DNA of 47,428 nucleotides from contig JAAFKJ010000005.1 in the NCBI GenBank assembly GCA_021399395.1, positions 1 to 47,428 of the forward strand. The letters run 5' to 3'. The DNA comes from Candidatus Heimdallarchaeota archaeon. Its GTDB lineage: Archaea; Asgardarchaeota; Heimdallarchaeia; Heimdallarchaeales; Heimdallarchaeaceae. The notes beneath the pieces were generated by a model. The model saw only the letters and a list, made by a program, of their open reading frames with translations. It was not told the DNA's origin and ran no database searches. A program made the position numbers and the translations under genes. Below, one piece after another: positions 20,676-31,523 of this stretch; the stretch's first letter is position 1; every line of letters begins with the position of its first letter.

Positions 20676-21119
20676 TCACAATGATTCTTCAGTAACAGTT
20701 TCTGAAGTAACCTTTTCAGCTATTTCGAGTTTTTTGCTTGATTCTGTAATCAAAACTGCTTTTGGAAGTTCGGATAATCCTATTTCTTGTAAGATTTTGT
20801 TGTGTGTTTTCTTTTCTAGGAAAAATTTTCTCAATTGAAACCAAGAAGTTTTTATCAATAACGGAACCTCTTCAAACTCCAAAATGCATGAATGATCTGT
20901 TGTTTCATCGTTTGGTTCCACTTTCTTACTCAGACTAGTTTTCAGAATCATCCCACACTTAAAACAAAATCTCCAGCGCGCAGGATGAACGAATAACTCG
21001 TTGTTTGTTTTAACATATGCTACAATTCCTTTATCAAATGGAATAGTCCACAATGATTGAGCATATCTCTGAGCCATAGCTCGAATTTCCGACTTTTCAG
21101 ATGAAAGTATATCTGGCAT
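20676..21119 (-). CDS. unrecognised CxxC-HxC protein family, paralog 1
   Basis: MPDI...ARWRFCFKCG...HSC...TSWFQLRKFFL; aligns with five other ORFs in the window. Confidence 0.85.
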   Translation of the reverse strand: MPDILSSEKSEIRAMAQRYAQSLWTIPFDKGIVAYVKTNNELFVHPARWRFCFKCGMILKTSLSKKVEPNDETTDHSCILEFEEVPLLIKTSWFQLRKFFLEKKTHNKILQEIGLSELPKAVLITESSKKLEIAEKVTSETVTEESL

Positions 21120-21312
21120 CAGAATCATCCTGCTTGAATAAGGTACATAAAAAGATGATTCATATAAATCTATTCGTTTCAGAAGAATGCAGTTTCCGAT
21201 TACTATCAGCTTTCTTGTATTTTATACAAAAGAATGCAGCAGAAGGGATGTTCCTTCGCTCTAGATAACAAGGCCAAATTCTATAGGTAAAATTGATATA
21301 GAAAAAGAATCT

Positions 21313-22809
21313 ATGATGAAAGGCAAGAACATGACCAGTGAAGAACAAGACGGTTCTAGAATGATTGATGAACCAGAACAAAGAGTTTCCTCTCGACAGC
21401 GTATCTATTTAGGGTTGACCAAAACTGGCGCTGATATGTTCAGTGTTTTCTATATTGGAGCTTTGTTTGGTTTTTATGTTGATGTTCTTCACATGAATCC
21501 CAGTAGTTACGGTATAGTTATGATTGTTTTTGCTATATGGAACGCTATCAATGACCCTATATTCGGTTACATGTCAGATAAGAAGAAACTAGATAAGAAA
21601 GGGAAAGGGAAGAGGTCCTATTTCATTAGAATGTCTACTCCAATCTTCTTCATTGGTTATGTAATGTTATGGCTAGCTTTTCCTTCTTGGTCACAAACTT
21701 GGCTTTTCGTGTTCTTGCTAATATCTCTATTCATTTTTGATACCGGGTTAACAATAGCAGGACTGAACCTTAGTGCCCTGCAGATAGATCAAACCACAAA
21801 CACTAACGAGCGAACTCGTATAATTCTTATAGCAATGTTAATCAGTTTCGTACCACTAGGAATTGCCTCATTTGCACCAAGTTTGGTGCTTACTTCACCT
21901 GTACTAAGTAGCTGGCACATGTCTTTGATTTTTATAGCTGCAGGTGTAGTTGCAGTTATTTTTATGGCATGGGGAGCTTGGAAACTAAAAGAACATTCTC
22001 TTGAAGAAGAAGGTATTGAACCCTTACCCATATTCAAAGCTATTAAAGAAACCTTCAAATCAAAATCATTCATTTTCTTTGTTATTTTCTCTTTTATGAT
22101 GAATGCAGTTAACCTTAATTTAATTGCAGTCATGCCTCTTTATTACAAATATGTATTTGGACTAGATTCAATGCAAATATTCATCGTAATGGCGGTAACA
22201 GGTGTCCTGTACATCCCATTATTATTTGCTTATGAGAAACTTCAGAAAAGATTTGGGTTAAGAAATACTTTCTTCATAGCACTCATCTTGATGGTTGTGG
22301 GATACTTGGGGTTGTATTTTGTCAACTCCATAGTATTACTGATCATCTCTTATGGACTATGTTTATGGATGTCGTCTCTATGGTGGTTGCTAGTCAATCC
22401 AATGGTTGGTGACATTGCAGATGAAGATGAACTTAGAACAAAAAGACGAAGAGAAGGGATGTTTTTTGGGACTAATGCACTAGTAACGAAACCAGCATCA
22501 TCACTAATAATATTCATTTTCACAGCAATGATTGGATTCTATGGATATGGTAATTTACTAATTAGCAAATTCAATTTCACTGAAATTTCTGGACTTTCCA
22601 GATTAATATCCCGTTTTGGTACTGAATCTAGTGTAACATTTGGGTTCCGCCTTGGAGTTGGCATCCTTCCTTTGATATTTATTGTTATGGCATTCATAGC
22701 CCTATATTTCTATCCTTTACATGGTAAAAAACTAGCCAAAGTCAAATCAGATTTAGAAGCTTATCACAAGAAAATAGGAGTATTAGATAAAATCCGTTTG
22801 GAAAAATAA
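21313..22809 (+). CDS. MFS transporter, glycoside-pentoside-hexuronide (MelB-like) family
   Basis: WNAINDPIFGYMSD and DIADEDELRTKRRREGMFFG motifs; about 12 TMs. Confidence 0.9.
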   Translation: MMKGKNMTSEEQDGSRMIDEPEQRVSSRQRIYLGLTKTGADMFSVFYIGALFGFYVDVLHMNPSSYGIVMIVFAIWNAINDPIFGYMSDKKKLDKKGKGKRSYFIRMSTPIFFIGYVMLWLAFPSWSQTWLFVFLLISLFIFDTGLTIAGLNLSALQIDQTTNTNERTRIILIAMLISFVPLGIASFAPSLVLTSPVLSSWHMSLIFIAAGVVAVIFMAWGAWKLKEHSLEEEGIEPLPIFKAIKETFKSKSFIFFVIFSFMMNAVNLNLIAVMPLYYKYVFGLDSMQIFIVMAVTGVLYIPLLFAYEKLQKRFGLRNTFFIALILMVVGYLGLYFVNSIVLLIISYGLCLWMSSLWWLLVNPMVGDIADEDELRTKRRREGMFFGTNALVTKPASSLIIFIFTAMIGFYGYGNLLISKFNFTEISGLSRLISRFGTESSVTFGFRLGVGILPLIFIVMAFIALYFYPLHGKKLAKVKSDLEAYHKKIGVLDKIRLEK

Positions 22810-22817
22810 GAAGAAAA

Positions 22818-22840
22818 GAGTAAAACATCATGCTTTACTC
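22818..22840 (+). terminator. hairpin downstream of the MFS gene
   Basis: GAGTAAA-N9-TTTACTC. Confidence 0.4.
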
Positions 22841-23049
22841 ATATCTAGTGTTATAAATTCAAATTGATTATCAATAGAATGAAAGATTGGAGGTATTGGA
22901 AAATCATAGATTTAATTTATTTTAATATATCCGAATCTTTTCATTCATCGAATTTTTGATTTTCAAGCTAAAAGGGTTCTAAGAGTTAAAATTATCAACT
23001 AAGAACTTGAAGATAAGAAGAAAAAAAGAAAAAGAAAAGAAATTATGCA

Positions 23050-24087
23050 TTACTTCTTGAATTTACGGGTTACAAGAGTGATAGCTAGCACGGATACAGC
23101 ACTTATGGTTACGATTTCTACAACACCAAAGCCAGTTTCATCAATTACAGGATCTTCAAGAGTACCAATAGAAGGATCGTAGGTCACTTCATCATTGAAA
23201 TGCTCAAAGCTCAAGTAAGTTTGAACTGTTCCATCGCCTAAGGAAGATACTGAACAATTAACCTGTTTATATTCATAAGAGTTGTTGATTAAATATTGGG
23301 CTTGATTTGCATAAGCAAAGAATCCTTTGTATTGTTCATCACCAATTGAGAACTCTTCCTTTACACCGTCTCCATGATTGAGTACGTTGTATTCATAACC
23401 AGTTGTGTTTTCTTCTGTGTTTACAAGATTACCGTTAGTATCGTTAAGTTGGTAACTATGTGTTGTATTCATTGGTATGATATCAAATCTCATTGCAAGG
23501 TTTGTGTCTTCTCTTTGCCATGGCCAGTTGTTCATGATGACATCAAACTTCATCTCTTGACCACCTTTTAATTCATAACCATCAATATCTTGGTCTGCGA
23601 GGTACAGATGAACTACAATTGTTATATCGAAATCACCATAATTTGGCGCATTGATTGTTTCTGATGTATAATTGAAATGAACAGCTACTAAGTCATCAGT
23701 TCCTGGGTCATATTCAACATCAAAACCACTAAAAATAAATCTTACACTTGATAATGGGAGTGTATTTGAGAATACTGGACCAGGAGGAGCTTCATCTTTC
23801 CACAAACCTGTTTCATTGAACTGGAATACACCATCTTCATTATAGTCTAGATATTCAGTTAATGAATGGAACATAATTGCATATTCAAAACCTGCGTCAG
23901 TCATGAATTGGAATTTAGGAACTTGTCCTCCAGCTTTAGCTATAAAGTGCATATCATAATATGAAAATGTCACTTGACTACTATTTTCTTCCCATAGGAA
24001 ATCTTGATCATCAGCACTTACCTGAGTTGCAACAAGCAATGCCAGAAAGGCCAATCCGATTGTTATTTTGAGTAACTTGTTTTTCAT
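23050..24087 (-). CDS. secreted acidic protein with C-terminal membrane anchor
   Basis: Signal peptide from MKNKLLK; YDPSIG motif before a TM+basic tail. Confidence 0.8.
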   Translation of the reverse strand: MKNKLLKITIGLAFLALLVATQVSADDQDFLWEENSSQVTFSYYDMHFIAKAGGQVPKFQFMTDAGFEYAIMFHSLTEYLDYNEDGVFQFNETGLWKDEAPPGPVFSNTLPLSSVRFIFSGFDVEYDPGTDDLVAVHFNYTSETINAPNYGDFDITIVVHLYLADQDIDGYELKGGQEMKFDVIMNNWPWQREDTNLAMRFDIIPMNTTHSYQLNDTNGNLVNTEENTTGYEYNVLNHGDGVKEEFSIGDEQYKGFFAYANQAQYLINNSYEYKQVNCSVSSLGDGTVQTYLSFEHFNDEVTYDPSIGTLEDPVIDETGFGVVEIVTISAVSVLAITLVTRKFKK

Positions 24088-24188
24088 TTTGCTCAACCTA
24101 TCTTGTTCGCTCCTTTTTGAATAGGTTCTCATTTATACAAGTAAAGTGAACAACTTTAGAGAAGTAAAGTTGATGTTTTTCTCAATTA

Positions 24189-24974
24189 TCAAATGTTTGA
24201 AAATCTCTTGTCTATAGCGTCTACAACTTCATATGGTCGAGTAAGTATTGGAACATGTCCTGCTCCTTCAACTACCTTTAGTGTAGCATTAGGAATAGCC
24301 TTAGCCAGATAAGTACAATGCTTTATTGCTTCTTCAGAATCTTTATCTCCATAAACAATAAGAGTTGGAATCTCAATATCTTGAACAGGTACGTTAGTAT
24401 CGCCTTCAGATCCTAATTCAACACAACGAACTGCAACTTCAGGTTTAGGTTTCATACAGATGCGAACTCCCCAACGTTTAAAGTGTTCAGAGTCCGGTTC
24501 TGGAAAGACACTATTGATGAATTCTTGCATTGCTAACAAGTGATTTGATTTGATTAAATTGATAAATTGTTTTTGTCCTTCATTAAGAGGCACTGCACTT
24601 GAATTAGAGGTATCTACGATTACTAAGCCTTTGAAACGTTCAGGATGCTGCAAGACAGCTAGAATAGCTATTGTTCCTCCAAAAGACTCTCCTCCTAGAA
24701 TACATTGCTCTACGCCTAATTTATCCATCACACTAATCAAATCATCAACATAAGCTTGTTTAGTGATAGTTTCTGGAAGAGCAACACTTTCTCCTGAACC
24801 ACGATGATCGTACCCTACACACCTCATCTTTGTACTTAATAGTTCGAAAACATTCATCCAGACATGCCAATCAGCTACAAAGCCACTGATTCCTAAGAAA
24901 GTATCTTCGCCTGAGCCAAAAGAAACAGTGTTCATCTTAATTCCATTTATATCATAAAACAGTTTTAACACCAA
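24189..24974 (-). CDS. alpha/beta hydrolase
   Basis: YDHRGSGES, nucleophile elbow GESFGG, GDKD, GAGH. Confidence 0.9.
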   Translation of the reverse strand: MVLKLFYDINGIKMNTVSFGSGEDTFLGISGFVADWHVWMNVFELLSTKMRCVGYDHRGSGESVALPETITKQAYVDDLISVMDKLGVEQCILGGESFGGTIAILAVLQHPERFKGLVIVDTSNSSAVPLNEGQKQFINLIKSNHLLAMQEFINSVFPEPDSEHFKRWGVRICMKPKPEVAVRCVELGSEGDTNVPVQDIEIPTLIVYGDKDSEEAIKHCTYLAKAIPNATLKVVEGAGHVPILTRPYEVVDAIDKRFSNI

Positions 24975-25048
24975 ATAATAAATCGAGAAATCGAATTTTA
25001 AGTTTTTTCCAGATATGTGGCCATATTCGATGAGAAAAATATAAGAGA

Positions 25049-25759
25049 ATGGAGTTCAATTTAGATTTAATGAAGAAAATAGGTATTATAGGTGGTTTAA
25101 GTGCTGAATCTTCTGTTGAATATTATAAAATCTTGATTAAAGAGTATAATAGAAGAGTTGGTGGAGCAGCTTCCCCCTTGCTGATTATTGATAGTTTAAA
25201 CTTAGGAGAAGTAGTAGAGTTAATGAAAAAGGATAATTGGGATGAAGTTTTCAGAATCATCCATCAATCAGCAACAAATTTGGAAAAGGCTGGAGCTGAA
25301 GTTATAATTATCGCAACTAACACCATACACAAAGTTTTCGATAGAGTTGAAAGTGAAATCACGACACCAATGATTAGCATATTAGATGTAACTGCTGAAG
25401 CAGCAAAATCTCTAAATCTTAAAAAAGTAGGATTGTTGGGGACAATATTTACAATGCAATCAGATTTTTATCACAAAGCTTTTCAGAAGCATAATATAGA
25501 GATTATTGTTCCCAATCCAGAAGATCAAGAATTTGTGAATAAGGTGATCTTCGATGAACTTACTTATCACATTTTAACTCCTGAGTCTAAAGCTGGATAT
25601 ATAGAAATTATCTGGAGGTTAAGAGATGAGGGAGCAGAAGGAGTTATTCTAGGATGTACAGAGATACCTTTGTTAATTCAACAGGATGATTGTCCTATAC
25701 CTGTATTTGATACAACAACTTTGCATGCTTTAGCGGCACTTGAATATGCTTTAAAATAG
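25049..25759 (+). CDS. aspartate/glutamate racemase family protein (YgeA-like Thr/Cys type)
   Basis: KKIGIIGG, ATNTIH, LGCTEIP; start may be 25070. Confidence 0.9.
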   Translation: MEFNLDLMKKIGIIGGLSAESSVEYYKILIKEYNRRVGGAASPLLIIDSLNLGEVVELMKKDNWDEVFRIIHQSATNLEKAGAEVIIIATNTIHKVFDRVESEITTPMISILDVTAEAAKSLNLKKVGLLGTIFTMQSDFYHKAFQKHNIEIIVPNPEDQEFVNKVIFDELTYHILTPESKAGYIEIIWRLRDEGAEGVILGCTEIPLLIQQDDCPIPVFDTTTLHALAALEYALK

Positions 25760-25798
25760 CAGAATTCCACTATTAGATAATTATTCTTGAATCTCAAT

Positions 25799-27724
25799 CT
25801 ACGCAAAAGTTTCCTCCAGAGTCTTAGAAATTTTCATCCTTTCTTGAGGGGATAGTGCTTGATTTGATTGAAATTTTCTATAGTATTGACTCCATCTCTG
25901 TGTTAATGAACTAATTTCATTTTCCAAGAAATAGAGCTTCTGAATGGCATTATAAGAACGACCAATGAACACATAGATTAGTAGCACATCTTCTTGAAAG
26001 CTTATTGCAACAGTATAATGTTGAAATTTCATTCTTATAATTGGGGTATCATGGAACCCTTCATTACACATACACTCATGGATAATGTTCTGAATACCTT
26101 GAAGTAAGTCATTATTCAAGGGTTTTCCGCTAAATCTTTCAGAGAAGAGAATAGTACCTACTTTGTTCATAATCATAAAGAAATGTGGTTGTTCTTTCTC
26201 ATCTTGAATGTCCTCATATAAGGCATTATTACGTATCATTTTTTCTAGGAGATCTTCGATGTGTGTGAACTCAAATCGTTCTTCTAGACTTGGAATGTAG
26301 GTTGACATCTCTTGCCATCTACTGAGCTGATCTAATAGGATATCATATTCACCAGAAATCACTTTGGCAAGGTTAGTAATCCCTTTATCTTCTGCAATCT
26401 TCTGAGCTTTCCTTAACAATAATTGTCCATTTTCCATATTGAAATCGATTAATTCTAATTTTGACTGAAGAAGAAGAGATTGTGCAAGTAAGATATGGGA
26501 TTTATCGTGTTCTGCCATTTGTCTTAAAGTATTCACTCTGTGCTTAAGTTTATCATAACTCTGCAAATCACCAAATTCAGTAACTTTCTTGAGATATAAA
26601 TCACACAAATGAAAGACAATCCAACAATTTAAATCTAGATAAGCAATTGGATCATCAGCAAATTCTTCTAGAAGCGATATAGCCTCATTGATATCAGGTT
26701 CTATATTTTTAGATTTGAGATAGATGGCTTTAGTTAGATGAAGAATCTTTTTGACAATATGCTGACCAGTAGATAAATACAATTCTTCAATTTGTTTGAT
26801 GTTATCTAAGACTTCTCTGTTATTACCGAGTTCTACTAGAACAGAACTTATTCGTGAGAGACTTACAGGATAATGATATGTTTTTACTATCTCAGATTCT
26901 TTCAGAAGTATTGAAGCTTTCTGATAGAATGCCAAAGCTTTGTTCAAATCGCTCTTGAACCATTGTATAGTACCCAAATTTAATAACAAACAAGCCTCAT
27001 AATAAGGACTCATTTCCTCTGGTGAACACATATCTAGCCCCTTTAAGATATGTTCTTTTGAAAGACTCAATTCTCCTTGCTGTAGGTATATTACAGCTAT
27101 TTGATTGTGAAGCATTGCTTCACCATAATGATAATGGATATCTTGACACAGCTCTAAAGCTATTTTTGCATAGTGTAAAGCTTCAGTAAGATTTCCAGAC
27201 CATAAATGTCGTGATCCGAGAGAGATATAGGAATCAATTTTCAGTCTATCTATTCCTAGTCTTTCTGCAATAGCTAAACCCTTTTCAATATCTGAAAGTG
27301 GTGTGTAATAACGTTGTCCCTGCAAAAGAGATAAAACAGCTTTTCGCTTTAAGTAATCATCTGAATCCTTGTTCTCAAATGATTCTAGAACAGATCGAAC
27401 TAATTGAGACTTTTCTTTAATTAACTCAAATTCTCCTGCAATGAAATAAGCTCTAGGCAGAAGATTTAAAGAATCAAATATCAACACCTTGTTTTCTATT
27501 TCTTTACTTTCGAAGTATGCTTCCTCTGCAAATTGTATACCTTTAGAATATGGAAAGATGATTAGATAGATGCTAGCTTTGAAGATTTTACACTGTATCT
27601 TCTCTTCGATAGTAATTTTCTCATGATCATAAATAGCATCAATCATGTCTAAGGCAGGATTATACTTACCTCTGACTATAAGCTGGTCAATTTCACTTAA
27701 TTTAGTGGCAATGGTCTTCCTCAT
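25799..27724 (-). CDS. TPR-repeat protein with C-terminal longin-like domain
   Basis: TPR helices; EYDILLDQLSRW..P.LEER.E.THIEDL shared with its neighbour; beta-hairpin FFMIMNKVGTILFSE. Confidence 0.75.
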   Translation of the reverse strand: MRKTIATKLSEIDQLIVRGKYNPALDMIDAIYDHEKITIEEKIQCKIFKASIYLIIFPYSKGIQFAEEAYFESKEIENKVLIFDSLNLLPRAYFIAGEFELIKEKSQLVRSVLESFENKDSDDYLKRKAVLSLLQGQRYYTPLSDIEKGLAIAERLGIDRLKIDSYISLGSRHLWSGNLTEALHYAKIALELCQDIHYHYGEAMLHNQIAVIYLQQGELSLSKEHILKGLDMCSPEEMSPYYEACLLLNLGTIQWFKSDLNKALAFYQKASILLKESEIVKTYHYPVSLSRISSVLVELGNNREVLDNIKQIEELYLSTGQHIVKKILHLTKAIYLKSKNIEPDINEAISLLEEFADDPIAYLDLNCWIVFHLCDLYLKKVTEFGDLQSYDKLKHRVNTLRQMAEHDKSHILLAQSLLLQSKLELIDFNMENGQLLLRKAQKIAEDKGITNLAKVISGEYDILLDQLSRWQEMSTYIPSLEERFEFTHIEDLLEKMIRNNALYEDIQDEKEQPHFFMIMNKVGTILFSERFSGKPLNNDLLQGIQNIIHECMCNEGFHDTPIIRMKFQHYTVAISFQEDVLLIYVFIGRSYNAIQKLYFLENEISSLTQRWSQYYRKFQSNQALSPQERMKISKTLEETFA

Positions 27725-27850
27725 CTTATATTAACTACCGGTATTTGTGAATTATATAATGTGTCAGTTTTTAAATTTTTCATGTTATTTTGAATACTAA
27801 ACACCCCAAAAATCATAACTATTCATATTCTTCTGTTTAAAAACTCAGAA

Positions 27851-29989
27851 TCATAGAAATACTTCTTCCACCAAAGAGCTTAATTTTGCTCGTGAATCAA
27901 AGTCGATCGTTTTATCTATTAACCACGTTTGTTTGAGCCTACTTAAACTAGAAGATTCACTGAAAAGCTGGAAAAATCTATGCAATTTACTAATTGGAAC
28001 ATAAGAATTTCCCATAAAAATGTAGCAGAATAGCAAATCCTGCTCCTTACTCAATAGACATGAATACTGTTTACAGCGGAATCTCAAAGGTTTTTGAATG
28101 GTTTTTAGTTCAGTCTTTAATCTCTTTATTTTAGACAGGATTTCTGCAATCATTTCACTTTCAAATGCGGAAGAAGGAAATGCTTCAGAAAAAATAATAG
28201 AACCTTCTTCAGTCATAATAATGAAATATTGTGGTGATTCATCTTCAGGAGTTACTGCACCGTAAACAACCCATTTTCTCATCATTCTATTAACTAAATC
28301 TTCAATATGTGTTAACTCCAATCTCTCATCTAATGTAGGTAAATATGATGAAAATTCTTCCCATTTATCTAATTGATGAAGAAGTAAATCATATTCGTTG
28401 GACAGAAGAATTTCTAAACGAGTAATACCTTTTTCTCTTGCTAAATCTTGTGATTGCTCCAACAGACTAATTGCTTCTTCAACTTTTAAATCCAGCAGAA
28501 GGATTTTTGATTGTAAAAAGTAAAGCTCAATTAGTAATAGGTTAGATTGGGCTAATGTTGCTTTAAGAGTAAGTTCTTTGATATAATTTTGAAGAGTTTG
28601 AATTATAGATGCATCCTCAGAAGATTTTATTTCTTCCAATAGAATATCACACAAATGCAAATAAGATCTATCTGCAGTCTTGTGATAAGGTGATTCTGTT
28701 GAGATCAAATCAATCAACATTTTCTTTGCTTCGAACCTATTTTCAGCATCATTCCTTGATTTTAGATAGAGAGCTTTCGAAAAGGAGTATAGGTTATTTA
28801 CCAATTCCTCATCTGTTTCCTCTTTGATTTTTTTCAGTTTTTTCAAATAGTCTACTGCGTTCTTTTCTAAACCTAGATGAAGGTTTATTTCAAAAATATG
28901 AAAATAATTATTTGCTACTATTGTATATCCACCGAATTTTTCTCTTATCTCCAATCCTTTGTGATAATATTCCAATGCTAGAGAATATTCATTCTTCTGG
29001 GAGTAAATATCAGCAATTACTCCATAAGCCATAGCAAGAGAGTATGGATCCATCTGATTTCCGCATTTCTCAAGTATCCCGAGCATCTGTTCTAGAGCTA
29101 AATTAGCATCTCCTTTCTTCAGATTTATATGAACTGTAATTAGCATTCTAGTAGAAGATGTACGCGTATCAGTAAAATCAGGATGTTGTTCTAACTCTGA
29201 ACATTTTGTATCATATATCAAAGCATTACTTAGATCATCAGCATATGCATAATGTAAAGCAATAGCAAAGTAGGCATGCCAGATAATATTAATTATACCC
29301 AGTTTTTCAGCATGCTCGAGATATTTGAAGGAGTAATCAATCGCTTCTTTGCAATTCCCCATGTCTGCATAGATTGATGCAATTGTTACAAAAGAGACTG
29401 TTATTCCATAGTAATCTTTATTTTCTTCACAAATTTTCAGGTATTCATTAGCTAATTCAAGGGCAATTTTATTTTCCCATCTATAGAGATACGACCAAGT
29501 AATGAGAATAAGTAATTCTGAATAAAAGACATGATCCCCATATTTCTTAAAAATACAAGATAACTCAACCAGATTAATATTATTAAGAGGAAAATCGAAA
29601 AATATTTGACTTTCGGTAAAGAATTGAACTCCTACAAAAAGGAGTAATGGTATTCTTTGTTGAATAATGGAAGATAAGCTTTCTATTGAATCATTGAAAG
29701 AATCAAAAGTTACTTTCTGTTGAGTGAAATAGGTTAAATTATTCGAAATTTCTTTGATTTCTGGATGTTTATGTGTTATTCTTTCATAGATATTCTTTAT
29801 TTGATTAGTATAATCTGCTCGGATAGGATAGTTTCTCAATCGCCTTTGGATTATAAACTGTAAAGTAATTATTTCCAATTCATCGAAAATAGTCTTATCG
29901 GGTACTCTTTGTAGTTCTTCTAATAGATCTAGGGATTCTAAGAATTCACCCCTTAAAATCAATTCTTTAGCTCTATCAAAGAACATCAC
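27851..29989 (-). CDS. TPR-repeat protein with C-terminal longin-like domain
   Basis: TPRs (ALEYYHKGLEI); EYDLLLHQLDKW..PTLDERLELTHIEDL; YFIIMTEEGSIIFSE. Confidence 0.75.
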   Translation of the reverse strand: MMFFDRAKELILRGEFLESLDLLEELQRVPDKTIFDELEIITLQFIIQRRLRNYPIRADYTNQIKNIYERITHKHPEIKEISNNLTYFTQQKVTFDSFNDSIESLSSIIQQRIPLLLFVGVQFFTESQIFFDFPLNNINLVELSCIFKKYGDHVFYSELLILITWSYLYRWENKIALELANEYLKICEENKDYYGITVSFVTIASIYADMGNCKEAIDYSFKYLEHAEKLGIINIIWHAYFAIALHYAYADDLSNALIYDTKCSELEQHPDFTDTRTSSTRMLITVHINLKKGDANLALEQMLGILEKCGNQMDPYSLAMAYGVIADIYSQKNEYSLALEYYHKGLEIREKFGGYTIVANNYFHIFEINLHLGLEKNAVDYLKKLKKIKEETDEELVNNLYSFSKALYLKSRNDAENRFEAKKMLIDLISTESPYHKTADRSYLHLCDILLEEIKSSEDASIIQTLQNYIKELTLKATLAQSNLLLIELYFLQSKILLLDLKVEEAISLLEQSQDLAREKGITRLEILLSNEYDLLLHQLDKWEEFSSYLPTLDERLELTHIEDLVNRMMRKWVVYGAVTPEDESPQYFIIMTEEGSIIFSEAFPSSAFESEMIAEILSKIKRLKTELKTIQKPLRFRCKQYSCLLSKEQDLLFCYIFMGNSYVPISKLHRFFQLFSESSSLSRLKQTWLIDKTIDFDSRAKLSSLVEEVFL

Positions 29990-30088
29990 AACACTAGACT
30001 CCTATAACTTCACTTAATCTAGTATTTTTATGATTAAAACCTTTCTGAAAAATATAAAGAAGAAAAATGAGAGAGAATAGTAGTGATA

Positions 30089-31105
30089 TTATTCTCTTCT
30101 CTTTCTAAAAATAGAAACAATGGGCATAGATAATAATATGATTAAGACATATGGAAAACTCGCTTGATTTGTATCAGCTGGTATAGATTCATATATGTCA
30201 ACAGGGCTTGTAAGTGGGTACATATCACAACAATCTATAGAACCTTCAATTGAGTAGTTACCGGTTCCCAAGTAATCACTCCAAAAGTTTCCTTGAGCTA
30301 ACACTGCATTGAACCAAAAATTGCCATTGCCTGTACTTGCATCTCTTCCTTGTGAGACACCTGCACCCTCAAAGTTATCTACGAAATTATTATGATATAC
30401 GAAATTATTGGTGCTGTCTTGTATAAACTCTAAACCATACTCACCGTTTAACTCGAAATGGTTCATATAAATAACACTGTCTGATGTAGAAGAGGCTGCT
30501 ATTCCTTTGTAACCATTTTCTCTAAATATGTTCTTAGTGATATTAAGATTAGATGAAGCATAGATCGCTAAACCTGATTGTGGATTATTTCGAATAGTAT
30601 TATTAGTGACAAGTAAATCAGAGCAGTTCTCTATAGTAAAACCTACTGCATAAACTGTATTTTCTATTATGTTACCAGAGATTATTAAACCACTTGATTC
30701 CTTCACACCTATCCCATCATGTTTATTTGCATAACAATAGTTATCCATTATTTGACCTGTACCAGGTGTAACATCTTCTACAAGAATACCGTAAAAAGAA
30801 CTAGTTATTTCACATCCTTGAATTATGAAATGTTTCGTAGTGTTCATAACATAGATTCCTTCATTGTTTATATCTGATGAAGCTATGTCGTAGTTTTCTA
30901 TACGATAAGGATCTTCAGCTGTTCCAGAACCAGGAAATCCAAGGGTGATAAAATCATTATCTGAAAAAACCTCTATAGAATCACTAGTTACAAGAGCAGA
31001 TGTATTTATGTTTGTATTTAGGTTGTTAGTGGAATATAGTAGAAAAACTAAACTGATGACAATCACTGAATACAAATTTAGCATTCGTCTCTTCATTCTA
31101 TTCAC
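30089..31105 (-). CDS. secreted parallel beta-helix (NosD/CASH) protein with C-terminal anchor
   Basis: FPGSGTAEDPYRIE, IxxN repeats, GNFWSDY..D.YPL, TM+basic tail. Confidence 0.85.
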   Translation of the reverse strand: MNRMKRRMLNLYSVIVISLVFLLYSTNNLNTNINTSALVTSDSIEVFSDNDFITLGFPGSGTAEDPYRIENYDIASSDINNEGIYVMNTTKHFIIQGCEITSSFYGILVEDVTPGTGQIMDNYCYANKHDGIGVKESSGLIISGNIIENTVYAVGFTIENCSDLLVTNNTIRNNPQSGLAIYASSNLNITKNIFRENGYKGIAASSTSDSVIYMNHFELNGEYGLEFIQDSTNNFVYHNNFVDNFEGAGVSQGRDASTGNGNFWFNAVLAQGNFWSDYLGTGNYSIEGSIDCCDMYPLTSPVDIYESIPADTNQASFPYVLIILLSMPIVSIFRKRRE

Positions 31106-31384
31106 CTAAACTCTAAAATCCTCTGCTTGAAAGATACCCAAAGGATAAATTCCTTCTGTTGGAAGATTAGGAACTTTATCAATAATCTTCTTAATAGAAT
31201 CTATATCTTTGGCATCCCATTGACAAAGGATTTTCTTTATATGTCCATTTTCATTTAATATTGCCCAACTCTTTACCCAATAAGCATCAGCATTGCAATG
31301 AGCTTTAACAGCTTGTCCTATTGGAGTCGCTGCCTCTACTGGTGCTGGTTCGGGAAAAGGATGGATTGCTAGATATTTAGTCAT
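31106..31384 (-). CDS. DUF4242 (SCO4226-like) small protein
   Basis: MTKYLAIH...WVKSW...KILCQWDA pattern; GAGGT SD before ATG 31384. Confidence 0.7.
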   Translation of the reverse strand: MTKYLAIHPFPEPAPVEAATPIGQAVKAHCNADAYWVKSWAILNENGHIKKILCQWDAKDIDSIKKIIDKVPNLPTEGIYPLGIFQAEDFRV

Positions 31385-31427
31385 TATTTTTACCTCGATA
31401 GTCATGCATCAAAATCCAACACACATA

Positions 31428-31471
31428 TGTGTCCTATTTTGACACACCTATATGCATCTAAACAAGTCACA
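31428..31471. promoter_or_regulatory. two TGT-N13-ACA palindromes (31428-31446 exact; 31453-31471 TGC variant)
   Basis: Second site abuts the minus-strand TATA (TTTTATA 31472-31478). Confidence 0.6.
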
Positions 31472-31523
31472 TATAAAAACATTTGTACAAAAAGGAGAAA
31501 TAAGAGAGTAAAAAAGGAAAAAA

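Noticed and set aside
20584-21170. Operator upstream of paralog 1 and of the 19252-20568 gene
   Set aside because: No N13-spaced site found; only a TTGGCACATA direct repeat and N12-spaced near-matches, so they were not counted in the regulon.
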